This document shows, piece after piece, positions 10,453 to 20,919 of a DNA stretch of 64,000 nt. A program made the position numbers and the translations under genes. Position 1 is the stretch's first letter; every line of letters begins with the position of its first letter. The notes beneath the pieces were generated by a model. The model did not search any database, was not told where the DNA came from, and saw only the letters and a program-made list of their open reading frames with translations. The DNA comes from Blastocatellia bacterium (GTDB taxonomy: Bacteria > Acidobacteriota > Blastocatellia > UBA7656). The stretch is taken from the NCBI GenBank assembly GCA_045807765.1, contig JBJMGU010000232.1:1618-65617 (forward strand), given 5' to 3'.

Positions 10453-10993
10453 GGAAAAGTGGCTGGCCGGGCGGTTGCCCCTCGCCGAAGCCATTGATCG
10501 CTTGATAGCGATTATCAAAGGCGCGGTCGGCCTCGTCTATCGCCGCGGCGACTTCCGTGGCCGCCGCCTTCAAGCCGGCGGCGGTGCCTGCCTGCGCTTG
10601 CAGGTTCGCAATCTTCGCCTCAATCTTTTCGGCATGCTCGACGAGCGCCAGATCGAAACGATAAATGGCGTCGAGCTGCGGCTGCTCGATCTTCTGAATA
10701 TCGAAGAAGCCGGCATAGCCATAGGTTGCAAATCGTATACGGTTTTCGAGCTTGTCGAGTTTCTTGATGGCCGAATCCACTGGCGTGACTTCAAATAGCC
10801 GCCCGCCATTGGTCAACTCGCGCATCACTTCGGTGAGCGGTTCTTTGGCGCGGCGCAGGCGGTCGGCCAGTTGCTCGCGGTGGCGCTTGTCAAAGTCGCG
10901 GCGGGTTTCGCGGTCAACATAACCGCTGTAGCCGGGAATTTTGCTGGTTAGCCGCTCAAGCCAGTTGCGCTGGTCGCTCTGGTTCGCACTCAT
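10448..10993 (-). CDS. Conserved-looking hypothetical helical protein
   Basis: MSANQSDQRNWLERL...IPGYSGY...R..DK..RE. Start after GGGAGG. Co-oriented with the SPFH gene. Confidence 0.7.
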   Translation of the reverse strand: MSANQSDQRNWLERLTSKIPGYSGYVDRETRRDFDKRHREQLADRLRRAKEPLTEVMRELTNGGRLFEVTPVDSAIKKLDKLENRIRFATYGYAGFFDIQKIEQPQLDAIYRFDLALVEHAEKIEAKIANLQAQAGTAAGLKAAATEVAAAIDEADRAFDNRYQAINGFGEGQPPGQPLFQ

Positions 10994-11089
10994 TAGCAGT
11001 TTCCTCCCTAAGTAAAAATCGCCGCCTCTGACGCCGCGCACAGCGTCGGGCTGACACGCGGCAGAAAAAACTCGTGCCGTCGCCGACAC

Positions 11090-11608
11090 TCACGCGGGCG
11101 CGGGCTGGCCGGCGTGTGAGTCGGCGAGTCGCTTCAAGTACTCGTCATATAGGCGCCGGTCTGCCGCCGGCATCTCGCGGATGTAGAGGCCGACGACCCA
11201 GAAGATGCCCTCGGCTTCGGGCCTGTACCATGCGGCAAAGCCGGTCAGCCGCACCGTGCCGTTCGGCAGATCAACTTCGACTTCGAGCTTGTTCTTAAAC
11301 GCCACCGTATGATCGCGGATGATGTGCAACTGGCCGGTCTCGATTGTGCCGGTCTGAAGACGCATGCCCTGTTGCCCGGCATCAAGTACGCGGCCTTCGA
11401 TGACCCGCGAGCGGTGCCCTTCGTCGCTTTGATCGATGATCGTCATGCGCATGGGCAGAGGCTCGGGCGGCGGCGGAATCTTGCGGCGGCTCTTGTTCTC
11501 TTCAAGGTCGCTGGTGCTCTGCACCGAGCGAATCAGCCGCTCGCCATGCGCCGGGCAGAAGCTAATCTCATCGGGGTACAAGCGTCTACAAGTGGGGCAT
11601 TCTTTCAT
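11090..11608 (-). CDS. Zinc-ribbon plus PilZ-like domain protein
   Basis: N-terminal CPTC...FCPAHG, VLDAGQQGMRL resembling the PilZ DxSxxG strand, AAW...VGLYI. GGAGG SD present. Confidence 0.55.
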   Translation of the reverse strand: MKECPTCRRLYPDEISFCPAHGERLIRSVQSTSDLEENKSRRKIPPPPEPLPMRMTIIDQSDEGHRSRVIEGRVLDAGQQGMRLQTGTIETGQLHIIRDHTVAFKNKLEVEVDLPNGTVRLTGFAAWYRPEAEGIFWVVGLYIREMPAADRRLYDEYLKRLADSHAGQPAPA

Positions 11609-11639
11609 GGCGTCCTCCGCGAGGCGAACTGATTATACA

Positions 11640-11762
11640 AGGGGCTAGGGACTAGGGGCTAGGGGCTAGGGAGGGATTAAAGCCGAAAGTCTGCGGCTAA
11701 GAGCAATCAAACGGATGACGACAAATCCAACCTTCTCTTCCCTAGCCCCTAGTCCCTAGTCC

Positions 11763-11765
<3 letters not shown>
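11640..11765. repeat. Junction element J2: inverted arms of tandem GGGGCTA/GGGACTA
   Basis: Left arm 11640-11672 (AGGGGCTAGGGACTAGGGGCTAGGGGCTAGGGA), right arm 11739-11765 (TCCCTAGCCCCTAGTCCCTAGTCCCTA), which contains the carboxylase stop codon. Confidence 0.9.
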
Positions 11766-13343
<1,578 letters not shown>

Positions 13344-13473
13344 CGGTGTTCCTCGAATCCTTGTGGGCGGTGGCGCCGGAAGATCGGTTGAATTCAGAAG
13401 TGACAGTCTAGCAAAGCCGCCGCGCCGCGGGAAACTCGAACAATCGAAATGAGTTTACGGCTCGCGGGGTTTC

Positions 13474-13502
13474 TTGACACTCGGCGGCGACCTACTTATA
13501 AT
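13474..13502 (+). promoter_or_regulatory. Consensus sigma70 promoter of the HU gene
   Basis: TTGACA (13474-13479), 17 nt spacer, TATAAT (13497-13502). Confidence 0.85.
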
Positions 13503-13562
13503 GAGCCCGCTTCTCAAGCTCGCTCAAGGTTGTTCAATCGCAGCATACAAACGGAGGGTAAT

Positions 13563-13826
13563 GTGATTAAGCTGGACATTGTGAATCAAGTCGCCGACAA
13601 GACCGGTGTACCCAAGACCAAAGCGGAGGTTGCCGTCGAGTCGCTATTTGAAGCGATGAAGAACGCCTTGCAGCGCGGCGAGCGCATCGAGCTGCGCGGC
13701 TTCGGCGTTTTCGTCGTCAAACCGCGCAAGCGCGGCGTTGGCCGCAACCCGCGCACGGGCGAAGTCACCGACATCCCGCCCGGCAAGACCATCCGCTTCA
13801 AGCCCGGCAAAGAATTACAAGCTTAG
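13563..13826 (+). CDS. hup: HU/IHF family DNA-binding protein
   Basis: GTG start after GGAGG. IELRGFGVF...GRNPRTG...RFKPGKEL. Confidence 0.9.
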   Translation: MIKLDIVNQVADKTGVPKTKAEVAVESLFEAMKNALQRGERIELRGFGVFVVKPRKRGVGRNPRTGEVTDIPPGKTIRFKPGKELQA

Positions 13827-13828
13827 TA

Positions 13829-13908
13829 GTCAGTTGCCAGTTGCCAGTCGCCAGTTGTTGGTTATTGCTACTTCATCATTCAGGGAAAACTGATAACTGG
13901 CAACTGAC
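13829..13908. repeat. Junction element J3: inverted arms of tandem CAGTTGC
   Basis: GTCAGTTGCCAGTTGCCAGTCGCCAGTT ... AACTGATAACTGGCAACTGAC, beginning 2 nt after the hup stop. Confidence 0.85.
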
Positions 13909-13953
13909 CCCTGCTGTTGACATCCCGCCGCTCCGCAGATGTATCCTTGAAGG

Positions 13954-14970
13954 GTGGAAAATACCGAGCAGTCGTATCGCCTTAGCGAAGTTCCCGCCGC
14001 GCCATCCACGTTTGATCGTGAAGTCGTTTTCATTGGCTCGCCTGAAAGCGAACTATCGGCGCGGCGCATTCTGATTCACACGCTTCTGTTTCTGGTCACC
14101 GCCGTGACCACTACCGTGACCGGCGCTTCGTGGGTCGTGCGCGCTGTGGATAACTCGATACTCGACCTCTTTATCGGGCCGACTATCGCGGTCGTCCGCG
14201 AAACGATGGCCGGCAATCTTTTTCCGCTGACTCAAGGATTGCTCTTCACCGCGACGCTGCTGGTGATCCTCGCCGCGCACGAGTTCGGCCATTACTTCGC
14301 GTGTCGTTATTATGGCATTCGCGCAACGCTGCCATTCTTTATTCCCGCGCCGCCGGCGGTGACGCTCTTCGGCACCTTCGGCGCGGTGATCAAGATCAAA
14401 GCGCCCATCACCTCGCGCCGCGCCCTGTTCGACATTGGCATCGCCGGGCCGCTTGCCGGTTTCGCCGTTGCGCTGCCGGCTTCGATCATCGGCATGGCGA
14501 TGGCGAAGCCCGCGCCCTTCGCTGAAGGCTTGCCGACCGAGGGCCTACAGTTCTGGGACCCGCCGCTGTTTAAGCTGATCGGTTGGGCGCTGGGAACGCC
14601 AGCGATGATCGATTGGAATCCGGTCTACTGGGCGGCTTGGGGCACGTTGCTGGTGACGGCGCTGAACCTCTTTCCCGTCGGCCAGCTCGATGGCGGCCAC
14701 GTGCTCTATGCGGTGCTCGGCAAGCGGGTTCACAAATGGGTTTCGCGCGCCGTGGTCTTGGCGACGGCGTCGCTATCGATCCTGGCCTTCGTCAAACAGC
14801 AGCCGCCGGTCTATGGCTTCTGGACGCTGGTGCTGCTGTTCCTGCTGAAAGTCGGCCACCCGCAGGTCAGCGAAGACGAGCCGATCGGGCGCGGGCGCAT
14901 CATTCTCGCCATCGTTGCGTTGATTGTCTTCCTGCTTTGCTTCATGCCTTTCCCGATTTCCACCCTTTAA
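13954..14970 (+). CDS. Site-2 protease family (M50) membrane metalloprotease
   Basis: HEFGH, AGPLAG, NLFPVGQLDGGH, multiple TM helices. Confidence 0.9.
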   Translation: MENTEQSYRLSEVPAAPSTFDREVVFIGSPESELSARRILIHTLLFLVTAVTTTVTGASWVVRAVDNSILDLFIGPTIAVVRETMAGNLFPLTQGLLFTATLLVILAAHEFGHYFACRYYGIRATLPFFIPAPPAVTLFGTFGAVIKIKAPITSRRALFDIGIAGPLAGFAVALPASIIGMAMAKPAPFAEGLPTEGLQFWDPPLFKLIGWALGTPAMIDWNPVYWAAWGTLLVTALNLFPVGQLDGGHVLYAVLGKRVHKWVSRAVVLATASLSILAFVKQQPPVYGFWTLVLLFLLKVGHPQVSEDEPIGRGRIILAIVALIVFLLCFMPFPISTL

Positions 14971-15000
14971 GCGCGCCAGCCGGCACGCCTGGAGAGAAGA

Positions 15001-15864
15001 ATGTCCGAGGCCAATCACTTTACCGAGCCGCCGCTGGCTTATCTCAATCACGAGTTTCTGAAAGGCCCTGAGGCGCGCATCCTGCGCATCCTCTCGGAAT
15101 ATCTCGAACCGGCCTCGCGCTTGCGCCACAACCGCATCCGCGACACCATCGTCTTTTTCGGGTCGGCACGCTCGGTGTCGCCAGAGGCTGCGGTCATGCG
15201 GATGGATGCGTTTAAACAGCGGCTCGATGAAGCCGGCGCGCTGACCGCAGAGCTTGAGGCCGAGCAGTCGGGCGCTGAATATGCCGTCAAGCTGGCGCGT
15301 TATTACGCTGACGCTATGGAGCTGGCGCGGCGCGTTACCGAATGGTCGAAGGGGTTGACCGGGCAGCATCACTTCATCGTCTGTTCGGGCGGATCGGGCG
15401 GCATGATGGAAGCGGCCAATCGCGGCGCATCTCAGGCACGCGGCAAGACCATCGGCCTGAACATCGAGCTGCCGTTCGAGCAGGGCGTCAATCCATACGT
15501 TTCGCGCGACCTGATTTTCAACTTCCACTACTTCTTCATGCGCAAGTTCTGGTTCGTCTATCCGGCGAAGGCGCTGGTGGTCTTCCCCGGCGGCTTCGGC
15601 ACGATGGATGAAATGTTCGAGGTGTTGACGCTGATTCAGACCAAGAAGCCCGGCAAGCGGATGCCGGTGATCCTCTTCGGCAAGGCGTTCTGGGAAGAGG
15701 TCATTGACTTCGGTGCGCTGGTGCGCTGGGGCGTCGTCAGCCCGCACGACATGAACATTTTTCACATGACCGATTCGGTAGACGATGCATTCATCTACTT
15801 GACCAGCCAACTCGAAGAACTCTACCTGACGCCAAAGGGCCTGGAAGAAGTGAAGCTGACTTGA
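15001..15864 (+). CDS. LOG family protein (Rossmann-fold nucleotide phosphoribohydrolase-like)
   Basis: VFFGSAR, GMMEAANRGA, FHYFFMRK, PGGFGTMDE. Confidence 0.88.
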   Translation: MSEANHFTEPPLAYLNHEFLKGPEARILRILSEYLEPASRLRHNRIRDTIVFFGSARSVSPEAAVMRMDAFKQRLDEAGALTAELEAEQSGAEYAVKLARYYADAMELARRVTEWSKGLTGQHHFIVCSGGSGGMMEAANRGASQARGKTIGLNIELPFEQGVNPYVSRDLIFNFHYFFMRKFWFVYPAKALVVFPGGFGTMDEMFEVLTLIQTKKPGKRMPVILFGKAFWEEVIDFGALVRWGVVSPHDMNIFHMTDSVDDAFIYLTSQLEELYLTPKGLEEVKLT

Positions 15865-15910
15865 GCCATCAAGCCAGCGGCAGAAGGCGTCGGCTTACCG
15901 CCATTCTGAT

Positions 15911-16633
15911 TTACTCGTCGGGGAGTTTATCCACCACGTCAATGACGCGCTCGATCTGTTTGAGATAACCGGCGAAGGTCGCATCGGTTTCCGATTGCAG
16001 CCCAACGTCTTCGGTGTCGGCGTACTCGAAGATGCGCGCGAAGACTTTCTGATCGAGCTTCAACACTTCAGCGGTTTTCATTACACAATCGCGTCGGGCA
16101 AACGGCGCGTCGTGGCCGGCCATCGCCAGCACATGGCGAAAAAGCACAGCAAAGCTGTCGAGGGAGTTGGCCATCAGCTCGGTGAGCCGCTGCGGGTTGT
16201 GCGCCGTCGCAATCGCCAGCCGCCGCAGGCGCAGCAGCTTGGCGCGCAGCTCGTATTCGAGTTGATGGCGCAGGTTGTGCGTCTGAATGTCGAGGCGCTC
16301 GAAGGGGTCTTTGCCGTACAGCACATGGCGCACCTGGCTCATATCGATGAACTCGATAGGAAAGACGTCGGCGGCGTCGGCGATCTCTTCCGTGGTGAAA
16401 TAGACCGGCAGCGGATTGCCTTCGAGCCGCCAATTTTCGGCGACCGGCTGGGCGACATGTAAATCTTTGGGGGCAATCTGGTCCAGCACGACCAGAATGC
16501 GCTTTGGCACTTCGTCGTCCACCAGCCCGCTCACCACCGACGCGCCGTAAAGCACAATCGACCTCAGATTGTCGCCGTGCGCTGCCGCCAGCGCGTCAAC
16601 CAATCGCTTCAACTCGTCCGCCACGTTGCTCAC
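15911..16633 (-). CDS. Nucleotidyltransferase-like protein of the kind associated with TPM/LemA genes (degenerate motif)
   Basis: NLRSIVLYGAS, DVFPIEFIDM, LRHQLEYELRAKLLRLR. Confidence 0.65.
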   Translation of the reverse strand: MSNVADELKRLVDALAAAHGDNLRSIVLYGASVVSGLVDDEVPKRILVVLDQIAPKDLHVAQPVAENWRLEGNPLPVYFTTEEIADAADVFPIEFIDMSQVRHVLYGKDPFERLDIQTHNLRHQLEYELRAKLLRLRRLAIATAHNPQRLTELMANSLDSFAVLFRHVLAMAGHDAPFARRDCVMKTAEVLKLDQKVFARIFEYADTEDVGLQSETDATFAGYLKQIERVIDVVDKLPDE

Positions 16634-16648
16634 CCTCCGCCACTCAAT

Positions 16649-17548
16649 CTACCAGCTATCGCTGGCGCCGCCGCCGCCGAAATCACCGCCGCCGCCGAAG
16701 CCGCCAAAGCCGCCGCCGCCACCGCCATCACTGCCGCCCCAACTGCCGCCGCTCGAACCGCCCCAGCCGCCACCGCCAAAGCCGCCGCCGCGCCCACCGA
16801 AGATCAGCGGCAAGATCAGCCAGCCCAGACCGCTGCGACGACGGTAACCCCCTCCGGGGCCGCCGCGCCCGCCGCGCCCAAGCGCATTAACAATGACGAG
16901 AAAGATGAAAACGATCACGATGATTATCACCGGCGAGATGCCGCCGCGGCTGCGTTGCGGGCGGCGCGTCGGAGCGCGATAGGCTTGCGTCGCGTCGATG
17001 CCTTCCATCGAGATGCCGAGCTTTTCGGCAAGCGTCGCCAGGATCGTCTGGGTGCCCACGGTCAGCGCCTGGTCGAAGTTGCCTTGCAGGAAATCCAAAC
17101 GCATCTTGCGAATGATCTCGCCCGACAGCCCATCGGGAACGTCACCTTCAAGATGGCGGCTGACTTCTAACCGCGTGCCGCCGTGATAGAGGCTGTCGGC
17201 ATAGCCGCCGGTGTTCGGCTCTTTGATGGCGACCAGCAACAACAGGGCGCGCTTTTGCGCATCACCGCCGACGCCCCACTTGCGTGCCAGTTGCAGGCTG
17301 TAATCTTCAATCGGGTAGCCCTGCATATCATCAAAGCGCATGGTGACGACGGCAATTTCGACACCGCTGTGGGCGCGAAAGTTTTCGAGCAGGCTTTCAA
17401 GCTGCTGGCGCTTGTCGGCGCTCAGCTTGCCGGCAAAGTCATTGACCATGCCCGTGTAGGCGGGCAACTGCGGCTGCGCCAGTGCCACCGCCGCTAAAGC
17501 AAGAAGGAGGCTGAGACAAAGAAATGTTTTCTTGAGTGCTACGATCAT
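16649..17548 (-). CDS. TPM domain protein (YgcG-like) with Gly-rich tail
   Basis: Signal peptide, VNDFAGKLS, EIAVVT, IEDYS...WGVG, TM helix, GGFGGFGGGGDFGGGGASDSW. Start chosen at MIVALKK. Confidence 0.88.
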   Translation of the reverse strand: MIVALKKTFLCLSLLLALAAVALAQPQLPAYTGMVNDFAGKLSADKRQQLESLLENFRAHSGVEIAVVTMRFDDMQGYPIEDYSLQLARKWGVGGDAQKRALLLLVAIKEPNTGGYADSLYHGGTRLEVSRHLEGDVPDGLSGEIIRKMRLDFLQGNFDQALTVGTQTILATLAEKLGISMEGIDATQAYRAPTRRPQRSRGGISPVIIIVIVFIFLVIVNALGRGGRGGPGGGYRRRSGLGWLILPLIFGGRGGGFGGGGWGGSSGGSWGGSDGGGGGGFGGFGGGGDFGGGGASDSW

Positions 17549-17743
17549 TACATGCAATCCTCGCCGCGCTCTATATTCATCGCGGCCTGTCAGCCCGATG
17601 ATCAACGGTTCGACGCGGCTTGACGACTGCGGCAGGCTCCCTCTGACGGTTTCGCTCATACGCTTTACATGATAGCTGACGCGCCGGGGAAAACGAATGA
17701 AGATAGCTCTAGTTGAAGCGCCGCCAGTCGCCCAACTATCGGC

Positions 17744-18526
17744 TCAGTGACCGAGATGCAGCACTTCGAGCATCAGCTCGATGACGTAGAGCAGGGCTAC
17801 GCCGGCAAAGACCATCAACGACGTGCGCAGGCCGCCAGCGCGCGTGTTGACTTCGGGGATCAGGTCTGAGGCGGCGACGTAGAGCGTCACGCCTGCAGAC
17901 AGCGGCAGGACGTGCGCCGACAGCGGCAGCGAGGCGATGGCGGCGTTGCGGAATACTAGCACCAGCGCCACGCCGACGAAGGTAGCCAATCCAACAGCCA
18001 GCGCCGCCAGCCGCGCCGCTCGCCGGCTGCGCCCGGCAGCCAGCATCATCGAGGCCACCGTGAAGCCTTCCGGCAGCTTGTGCAGCAGGATGGCGACGAA
18101 GACCAGGACACCAAGCTGGGTGTTCACGAGCGAGGCGACGGCAATCGACACGCCGTCAAAGAAGGTGTGCACCAGCAGCGCCCCCAGGCCAGCCATTGCC
18201 GCGTGGTGCCGCAGCATCGCCTCTTCGTGCGTCTCTTCGCCGAAGTGAAAGTGCGGCGCGACCGTATGCTCGACAAACTGAATCAGCATATAGCCGACCA
18301 GCACCCAGAGCATGGGAAAGACGCGCTCGCCGGCAGGCCACTGCTCCATGCTTTCCGGGATCAGCTTGATGAAGACGGCGGCGAGCATAAAGCCCGCGCC
18401 CAGAGCAATCAGATAACGCAGGGCCACCTGTCCAAGCCGGCGCGACGACACCAGAAAGCCGCCCAGAAAATTCGCCGTTGCCGCCGCCAATCCGTACGCC
18501 GCGATGAACAGTGCGGTCTTATCCAT
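17744..18526 (-). CDS. ZIP family metal transporter
   Basis: HFHFGEETH loop, HTFFDG, HKLPEG, YVAASDLIPE. Confidence 0.9.
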   Translation of the reverse strand: MDKTALFIAAYGLAAATANFLGGFLVSSRRLGQVALRYLIALGAGFMLAAVFIKLIPESMEQWPAGERVFPMLWVLVGYMLIQFVEHTVAPHFHFGEETHEEAMLRHHAAMAGLGALLVHTFFDGVSIAVASLVNTQLGVLVFVAILLHKLPEGFTVASMMLAAGRSRRAARLAALAVGLATFVGVALVLVFRNAAIASLPLSAHVLPLSAGVTLYVAASDLIPEVNTRAGGLRTSLMVFAGVALLYVIELMLEVLHLGH

Positions 18527-18649
18527 TCAATAAAGCTCCGTCACTCGAAGTCAGCGACTATAGCATACTTGCTCGCGGTGCAGCACGACCAATCACGCCA
18601 CGCGCCGCAGGCTGACCTTCCCGCAAATTCCTATTGATAAAGAATTTCA

Positions 18650-18712
18650 TTGACAGCCCTCTTTATCTGACGTACCATACGGCGACGGTGGAACAAAGTG
18701 GACCAAAATGGA
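18650..18712 (+). promoter_or_regulatory. dcw (mraZ) promoter with three MraZ-type direct repeats
   Basis: TTGACA (18650), 17 nt, TACCAT (18673), then GTGGA/GTGGA/ATGGA at 18688, 18698 and 18708 (10-bp period), matching known GTGG/TGGG MraZ repeats. Confidence 0.8.
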
Positions 18713-18785
18713 GATGCGTTTGAAAAGAAGAATAAGATGGGCAAGGTTGAGATGAAACTTTAGGTTTTGAGGGCAGTCTCGTTGC

Positions 18786-19226
18786 ATGCTGAGGGGCAAT
18801 TATACAGTAAGGATGGATGAGAAAGGCCGGATAAAATTGCCCGCCGCCTACCGCCGCTATATTGATGAGCATTACGGCGCCGATTTTTATGTGACGAGTC
18901 TGACAGGCGAATGCGCCCGCCTCTACCCGATGCGCGAGTGGCTGGCCATCGAAGAAAAGCTGCAAGCCCGTGGCACAATGGACGCCGCCGTGAGGAAGTT
19001 CCTTGACCGCACCAGCTTCTACGGCCAGCCGAGCGAGATGGACACGCAAGGCCGATTGTTGATTCACCCGCTGTTGCGGACGCGCGCCGAGCTGACCGGC
19101 GACGTCGCGGTGATCGGCTACTTGCAATATCTCGAAGTCTGGGAGCTGGATAAGTTCAAGGCGCGGCTCGATGCGGAACCCTACACCGCCGCCGACGCCG
19201 CTGCGCTCGCGCAGATGGGCGTCTAG
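18786..19226 (+). CDS. mraZ: Division/cell wall cluster transcriptional repressor MraZ
   Basis: Two DxxGR motifs (DEKGRI, DTQGRL). First gene of the dcw operon. Confidence 0.93.
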   Translation: MLRGNYTVRMDEKGRIKLPAAYRRYIDEHYGADFYVTSLTGECARLYPMREWLAIEEKLQARGTMDAAVRKFLDRTSFYGQPSEMDTQGRLLIHPLLRTRAELTGDVAVIGYLQYLEVWELDKFKARLDAEPYTAADAAALAQMGV

Positions 19227-19271
19227 CCGGGACGCTCATTCGACAATCAAACGGACGACGATGACGCCGCA

Positions 19272-20315
19272 ATGGACAGAGAAGTCGGAGGGGAAAGTCA
19301 GTCTCACGAGCCGGTGCTGCTCGATGAAATCGTTGATTTTCTCAACCCCGCCGGCGGCGGCCTCTTCATTGATTGCACACTCGGGCTGGGAGGCCATGCG
19401 GCGGCCATTTTAAAGGCTTCGCCGACGGCCCGCGTCATCGGCATTGACCGCGACCGCGAGGCTCTGGCTATCGCCACGGAGCGACTGGCGATCTTTGACA
19501 AACGGTTTCAAGCGGTACACGCGAACTTCACAGAGATTGGCCGCGTGCTGGCACAACAGGAGACGCTGAGCGTTCAGGGCGTTTTGGCCGATTTGGGCGT
19601 TTCATCCTTGCAACTTGACTGCGGTGACCGTGGATTCAGCTTTGCTGCCGACGCGCCGCTCGACATGCGAATGGATCAGAGCCAGGGTGAGACGGCAGCG
19701 GACTTGCTTAGCCGGCTGACGGAAAGCGAGCTGGCCGATTTAATCTTTGAATATGGTGAAGAGCGCGGCGCGCGCCGCATCGCCCGCGCTATCGTGCGCC
19801 AGCGCGAGCGCGCAGAGCTTGCGACCACCAGGCAGTTAGCCGACCTGGTGGTGCGCGTCCTGCACCCGAAGGGCCGCTGGCGGATTCATCCGGCGACGCG
19901 GACATTTCAAGCCCTGCGCATCGCCGTCAATCAGGAGCTGCGTGCCCTGGAAGGCTTCATCCCCGATGCGGTGACGGCGCTCGCAGTGGGCGGGCGGCTG
20001 GCAATTATTTCGTTTCATTCGCTTGAAGACCGCATCGTCAAGCGCAGCTTTTTGCGGGAGTCTGGCCGATGCGACTGTCCGACAGAGGTTAAAAGGATCG
20101 CCCAGGCGAGCCACTGGCTCGCGGAGAACGGTCTTGAATCGAGCAGCGAACAAGACGGCGGCTCTCGTGCATCCGGTGTCCTGGCGTGTCCGCTCTGCGG
20201 CGCGCGCCGCCGGGTCCACCTCCTCACACGCAAGCCGGTTCGCCCGAGCGCCGCAGAAAGCGCGCGCAATCCTCGCTCCCGCAGTGCGCTGTTGCGCGTC
20301 TGCGAGAAACTGTAG
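19272..20315 (+). CDS. rsmH: 16S rRNA m4C1402 methyltransferase
   Basis: HEPVLL, DCTLGLGGH, DLGVSSLQLD, PLDMRM, TRTFQALRIAVN, SFHSLEDR, NPRSRSA. Confidence 0.96.
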   Translation: MDREVGGESQSHEPVLLDEIVDFLNPAGGGLFIDCTLGLGGHAAAILKASPTARVIGIDRDREALAIATERLAIFDKRFQAVHANFTEIGRVLAQQETLSVQGVLADLGVSSLQLDCGDRGFSFAADAPLDMRMDQSQGETAADLLSRLTESELADLIFEYGEERGARRIARAIVRQRERAELATTRQLADLVVRVLHPKGRWRIHPATRTFQALRIAVNQELRALEGFIPDAVTALAVGGRLAIISFHSLEDRIVKRSFLRESGRCDCPTEVKRIAQASHWLAENGLESSSEQDGGSRASGVLACPLCGARRRVHLLTRKPVRPSAAESARNPRSRSALLRVCEKL

Positions 20316-20454
20316 GTTATCAAGCCCAGACCTTCTAGCCCCAAACTCGACCGGACCCGCAGGTGGTCTTTCGTGGCGCGTCCCGGCTTCACGCCCGTTA
20401 GTGGAGCCACCACCCGAGAGCCTTATGCCCGGATCAACCTTTGAGGCAGATGTT

Positions 20455-20817
20455 ATGACTAATCGATTCTATCCTGACAAACAGATTCACAACCGGCAGG
20501 TGGCGCGGCCCGTGAGTGGGCGCATCTTCGTCTGGTTGACGGTGCTGGCGCTGGCCGGCGCCTTGCTGTCGTGCGGTTTCGTGATCAGCGCGCGCCAGCA
20601 CTTTGAAGCCATCTCAACCGGCTATGAGAACGAAGACCTGCGACGGCAGGCGGCGCAGATGGAAGAGAAGCGCCGCCAGCTTGAGCTGGAGTATGCGCGC
20701 CTGGCGTCACCTGTTGAAATCGAAAAGCGCGCGCAGAAGGTCGGGCTGGCCCAACCGCAGAACCAGCCGACAGGCATCCGCCGCCCGACCAACGTCGAGG
20801 CAAAGCCGAAAAGGTAG
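20455..20817 (+). CDS. ftsL: Cell division protein FtsL
   Basis: Short TM plus coiled coil ending LASPVEIEKRA. Position between rsmH and ftsI. Confidence 0.8.
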   Translation: MTNRFYPDKQIHNRQVARPVSGRIFVWLTVLALAGALLSCGFVISARQHFEAISTGYENEDLRRQAAQMEEKRRQLELEYARLASPVEIEKRAQKVGLAQPQNQPTGIRRPTNVEAKPKR

Positions 20818-20823
20818 ATAACC

Positions 20824-20910
20824 GGTGATGAGTGTCGGATGTTAGGTGTTGGGTTCCGGTAACCACTCAACATCTAACACCCAATACCCGATACCCATCA
20901 CCCAACACCT
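20824..20910. repeat. Junction element J4 (ftsL/ftsI): inverted arms of degenerate GGTGTTG/GGTGATG 7-mers
   Basis: GGTGATG AGTGTCG GATGTTA GGTGTTG ... CAACATC TAACACC CAATACC CGATACC CATCACC CAACACC. Confidence 0.8.
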
Positions 20911-20919
20911 GATAGACCA

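Noticed and set aside
16504-17170. Pro-rich and Ala-rich plus-strand ORFs
   Set aside because: They are antisense shadows of the Gly-rich tail of the TPM gene.
20023-20454. 264-aa ORF extending ftsL upstream
   Set aside because: It overlaps rsmH out of frame. FtsL-like sequence begins at ATG 20455.
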